Position numbers and translations under genes: made by a program. The notes below the pieces were generated by a model, which was given only the letters and a program-made list of their open reading frames with translations, had not been told where the DNA came from and searched no databases. Shown here piece after piece: positions 17,685-20,023 of a stretch of 20,023 nt of DNA; the stretch's first letter is position 1, and each line of letters begins with the position of its first letter. The DNA lies in NCBI GenBank assembly GCA_044222475.1, contig JBGANF010000149.1, positions 1-20,023 on the forward strand, given 5' to 3'. This DNA comes from Polyangiaceae bacterium (lineage in GTDB: Bacteria > Myxococcota_A > Polyangia > Polyangiales > Polyangiaceae).

Positions 17685-18884
17685 TCACGACAGTTGGGTG
17701 TCCACGACCCATTGGGCGAACGGGAAGCTGCACGTGAACGCCGGTGACACCGCGTTCAAGACGTGGGTCGTCACGTCGTCGCCTTGGACCACGAAGTCCA
17801 TCACGAGCTCCAGCGTCCTCGTGTCGAGGAGCTGCGCCCGGATGCCGGGCTTGCTCCACTCCGTGAAGCCCGACGCGTCGATCGAGTGGACCATGCTCGT
17901 CGCCAGCTCGACGAAGTGCGACGCGCGGTACTTCTTCATCTCCTCGAGCGCCAAGCGGCGGAAGCCGAACGCGTTGGCGAGGAAGAGCCGGCTCTCCCAG
18001 CCGAGGACGTTGGCGAGCTCCGCGGCCTTGAAGTTGTCCATGCCCTCGTAGTTTTCGCGCCAGAACGCGGGGATCGAGGTCGGCCCAATCTTGATCGTGC
18101 CGTCGACGGTGATCGTGTAGTGCACGCCCAAGAAGGGGTTCTTCAGGTTCGGTACCGGGTAGATGTTGGTCCGAATCGGCCGGTCGGGCTTCGTGTACTT
18201 GAGGTAGATCCCCTTGAACGGGACGATCGTGTAGTGCTCCGAGAACCCGAAATCGCGCGCGATGTGGTCGGCGTAGAGCCCCGCCGCGTTGACGATCCGC
18301 GAGGCCGAATGGCGGCGGCCGCGCGTCGTCTCGATCGTGTGGTCGTCGACTCTGCGCAGGTACCCTTCGTCGAAGTGAATGGTGACGCCCGACTCGACGA
18401 GCTCGTCCTTGAGCGCCCGTGTGACCTCGCTCGGATCGACCGTCGCCGTGGTCGGTGAGAAGAGCGCGATCTCGGTGGTCTTCGCGTTCGGATCGATCTC
18501 CGCGAGCTCCTTCTCGTCGATGATGCGCACGTCGACGCCGTTGACCTTTCCGCGGCGGTCGAGCTCGCGGATCGAGGCCACCTCGTCTTCGTTCTTCGCG
18601 ACGACGACCTTCTGGTTCTCGTTCAGCCGGAGCCCCTTCGCGCGACAGAACGCCTTCATGGCGGCGTTGCCGTCACGCGTGAACTTCGCCTTGAGCGAGT
18701 CGGCCGTGTAGTAGAAGCCGGCGTGGAGCACGCCGCTGTTGCGCCCGCTGCCGTGGTAGGCGACGTCGCGCTCCTTCTCGAGGATGACGATGGACGACGC
18801 CGGATGGCGTGCCCTGAGCTCACGAGCGATCGCGAGGCCGATGATCCCAGCCCCGATCACGAGGTAGTCGGACCTAGTGCTCAA
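17685..18884 (-). CDS. lhgO: L-2-hydroxyglutarate oxidase-like FAD-dependent oxidoreductase
   Basis: TTG start overlaps the DegT stop (TTGA). Motifs DYLVIGAGIIG, EKE, HGSGRNSGVLHAGFYY..SLKAKF, VNAAGLYADHIA, IVPFKGIY, IYPVP..PFLGVH, GIRAQL, HVLNAVSPAFT. Confidence 0.9.
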   Translation of the reverse strand: MSTRSDYLVIGAGIIGLAIARELRARHPASSIVILEKERDVAYHGSGRNSGVLHAGFYYTADSLKAKFTRDGNAAMKAFCRAKGLRLNENQKVVVAKNEDEVASIRELDRRGKVNGVDVRIIDEKELAEIDPNAKTTEIALFSPTTATVDPSEVTRALKDELVESGVTIHFDEGYLRRVDDHTIETTRGRRHSASRIVNAAGLYADHIARDFGFSEHYTIVPFKGIYLKYTKPDRPIRTNIYPVPNLKNPFLGVHYTITVDGTIKIGPTSIPAFWRENYEGMDNFKAAELANVLGWESRLFLANAFGFRRLALEEMKKYRASHFVELATSMVHSIDASGFTEWSKPGIRAQLLDTRTLELVMDFVVQGDDVTTHVLNAVSPAFTCSFPFAQWVVDTQLS

Positions 18885-19981
18885 GAGTAGTGGGCTCGCA
18901 CCCCGGCGATTACTTCGTCCACCTGCGCGTCGGTCAGCTCGGGGTACATCGGCAGAGTGAGGATGCGGCCCACGAGTCGCTCGGTGACGGGGAGGCCCTC
19001 GCGCGGCAGCACGCAGAGCGCGTCGTAGCCGCCGTGACGATGGGCCGGAGCGAGGTAATGGATGCCCGCGAGGATGTCGCGCTTCGCCAGCGACGCCTTG
19101 AGGGCGTCTCGGTCGTCGCACTCGAGCACGTAGAGGTGGAACACGTGGGTCGTTTCGGGTCGGATCGCGGGCAGCGTCACGGGAAGCCCTGCGAGGCCCT
19201 CCCCGTAGCGTTTCGCGATCGCGAGCCGTCGCGCGTTGTCGGCGTCGAGAGAAGGGAGCTTGACGCTGAGGATGGCGGCTTGGATCTCGTCGAGACGCGA
19301 GTTCACTCCGGGAGCCTCGGTCGCTCGCCGCGCGTCCCAACCGTACTGCCGCAAGCGGCGTACCCGTTCGGCGATCGCGTCGTCGTTCGTGACGAGCATC
19401 CCGCCGTCGCCGATCGCGCCGAGGTTCTTGGTCGGATAGAAGCTGAAGCAGCCGAGTGTGCCGATGCTGCCAGCGCGGCGGCCCTTCGAGCGCGCCCCGG
19501 TCGACTGAGCGCAGTCCTCGATCACGGGGATGCCCCGCGCCTTCGCGATCGCGAGGATCGCGTCGATGTCGGCGAGCTGGCCGTAGAGGTGGACCGCGAT
19601 GATGGCCTTGGTGCGCGGCGTGATGGCCGCCGCGAGCTTCGTCGGGTCCAGGGTGTAGAGTGCGGGATCGACGTCGACGAGGACGGGAGTCGCACCCGTC
19701 ATCACCACGGCCGAAACGGTCGCGAGAGCGGTGTGAGAGACGGTGATCACCTCGTCTCCAGGTCCTACGCCGAGCGCGCGCAGGCCGAGGACGAGCGCGT
19801 CGGTCCCGCTGTTGAGCCCGATGGCGTGCGCGACCTGGGTGTGTTGGGCGAACTCCTTCTCGAACGCCTCGACGGCGGGACCCAGGACGTAGTGTCCGCC
19901 GTCGAGAACGCGCCGCACCGCCTCGACGATGGCGTCTTTGTGCGCGAGATACTGCGCGTGGGGATTCGCGCAAGGGATCAT
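18881..19981 (-). CDS. DegT/DnrJ/EryC1/StrS PLP-dependent sugar aminotransferase
   Basis: NSGTDAL, GPGDEVIT, AVHLYGQ, IEDCAQSTGA, FSFYPTKNLGAIGDGG (PLP Lys), NSRLDEIQAA, LTLPMYPEL. ATG 19981 overlaps the upstream stop (ATGA). Confidence 0.95.
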   Translation of the reverse strand: MIPCANPHAQYLAHKDAIVEAVRRVLDGGHYVLGPAVEAFEKEFAQHTQVAHAIGLNSGTDALVLGLRALGVGPGDEVITVSHTALATVSAVVMTGATPVLVDVDPALYTLDPTKLAAAITPRTKAIIAVHLYGQLADIDAILAIAKARGIPVIEDCAQSTGARSKGRRAGSIGTLGCFSFYPTKNLGAIGDGGMLVTNDDAIAERVRRLRQYGWDARRATEAPGVNSRLDEIQAAILSVKLPSLDADNARRLAIAKRYGEGLAGLPVTLPAIRPETTHVFHLYVLECDDRDALKASLAKRDILAGIHYLAPAHRHGGYDALCVLPREGLPVTERLVGRILTLPMYPELTDAQVDEVIAGVRAHYS

Positions 19982-20022
19982 GCGAGCACTTCGACCTTGG
20001 GGACGAACGAGATCCACTTGCC
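19978..20022 (-). CDS. C-terminal 14 codons of an upstream gene, probably an NDP-hexose C-methyltransferase (partial)
   Basis: Reads GKWISFVPKVEVLA* with an ATGA overlap onto the DegT start. It resembles the GG(K/R)(W/F)IxxxPxVxx C-terminus of sugar C-methyltransferases, but only 14 residues are visible. Confidence 0.5.
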   Translation of the reverse strand, partial: GKWISFVPKVEVLA

Positions 20023-20023
20023 G

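Noticed and set aside
17685..19973. 762-aa ORF suggesting a large LhgO fusion
   Set aside because: The first ~363 codons are an Arg-rich alternative frame overlapping DegT. LhgO homology starts at the TTG overlapping the DegT stop.

Overview
GC-rich (roughly 70% by eye) bacterial DNA; the protein styles suggest a myxobacterium (inference only). Almost the whole window is a surface-glycan (EPS/capsule/O-antigen-like) synthesis and tailoring locus with mixed gene orientation. In order: TPR plus small beta-barrel protein (5' partial), SAM methyltransferase, Wzc-type tyrosine kinase/co-polymerase, AsnB-type amidotransferase, MraY/WecA-like phosphoglycosyl transferase, NAD-dependent epimerase/dehydratase, GT4, MsbA/PglK-like ABC exporter, GT2, a probable lipoprotein fusing a glucose/sorbosone-dehydrogenase propeller to a c-type heme domain, a second GT4, an AT3-SGNH O-acyltransferase, an LhgO-like FAD oxidase, a DegT aminotransferase, and the last 14 codons of a probable NDP-sugar C-methyltransferase. 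Six genes carry frameshifts, densest at about 10.9-15.0 kb; these look like long-read errors rather than real decay. Best leads: the coupled C-methyltransferase/DegT/LhgO/acyltransferase module, a twin inverted motif between the divergent wzc and asnB genes, and the heme-bearing dehydrogenase inside the glycan locus. No RNA genes, CRISPR arrays or mobile elements were recognised. All family calls come from motif recognition by eye; no database search was run.
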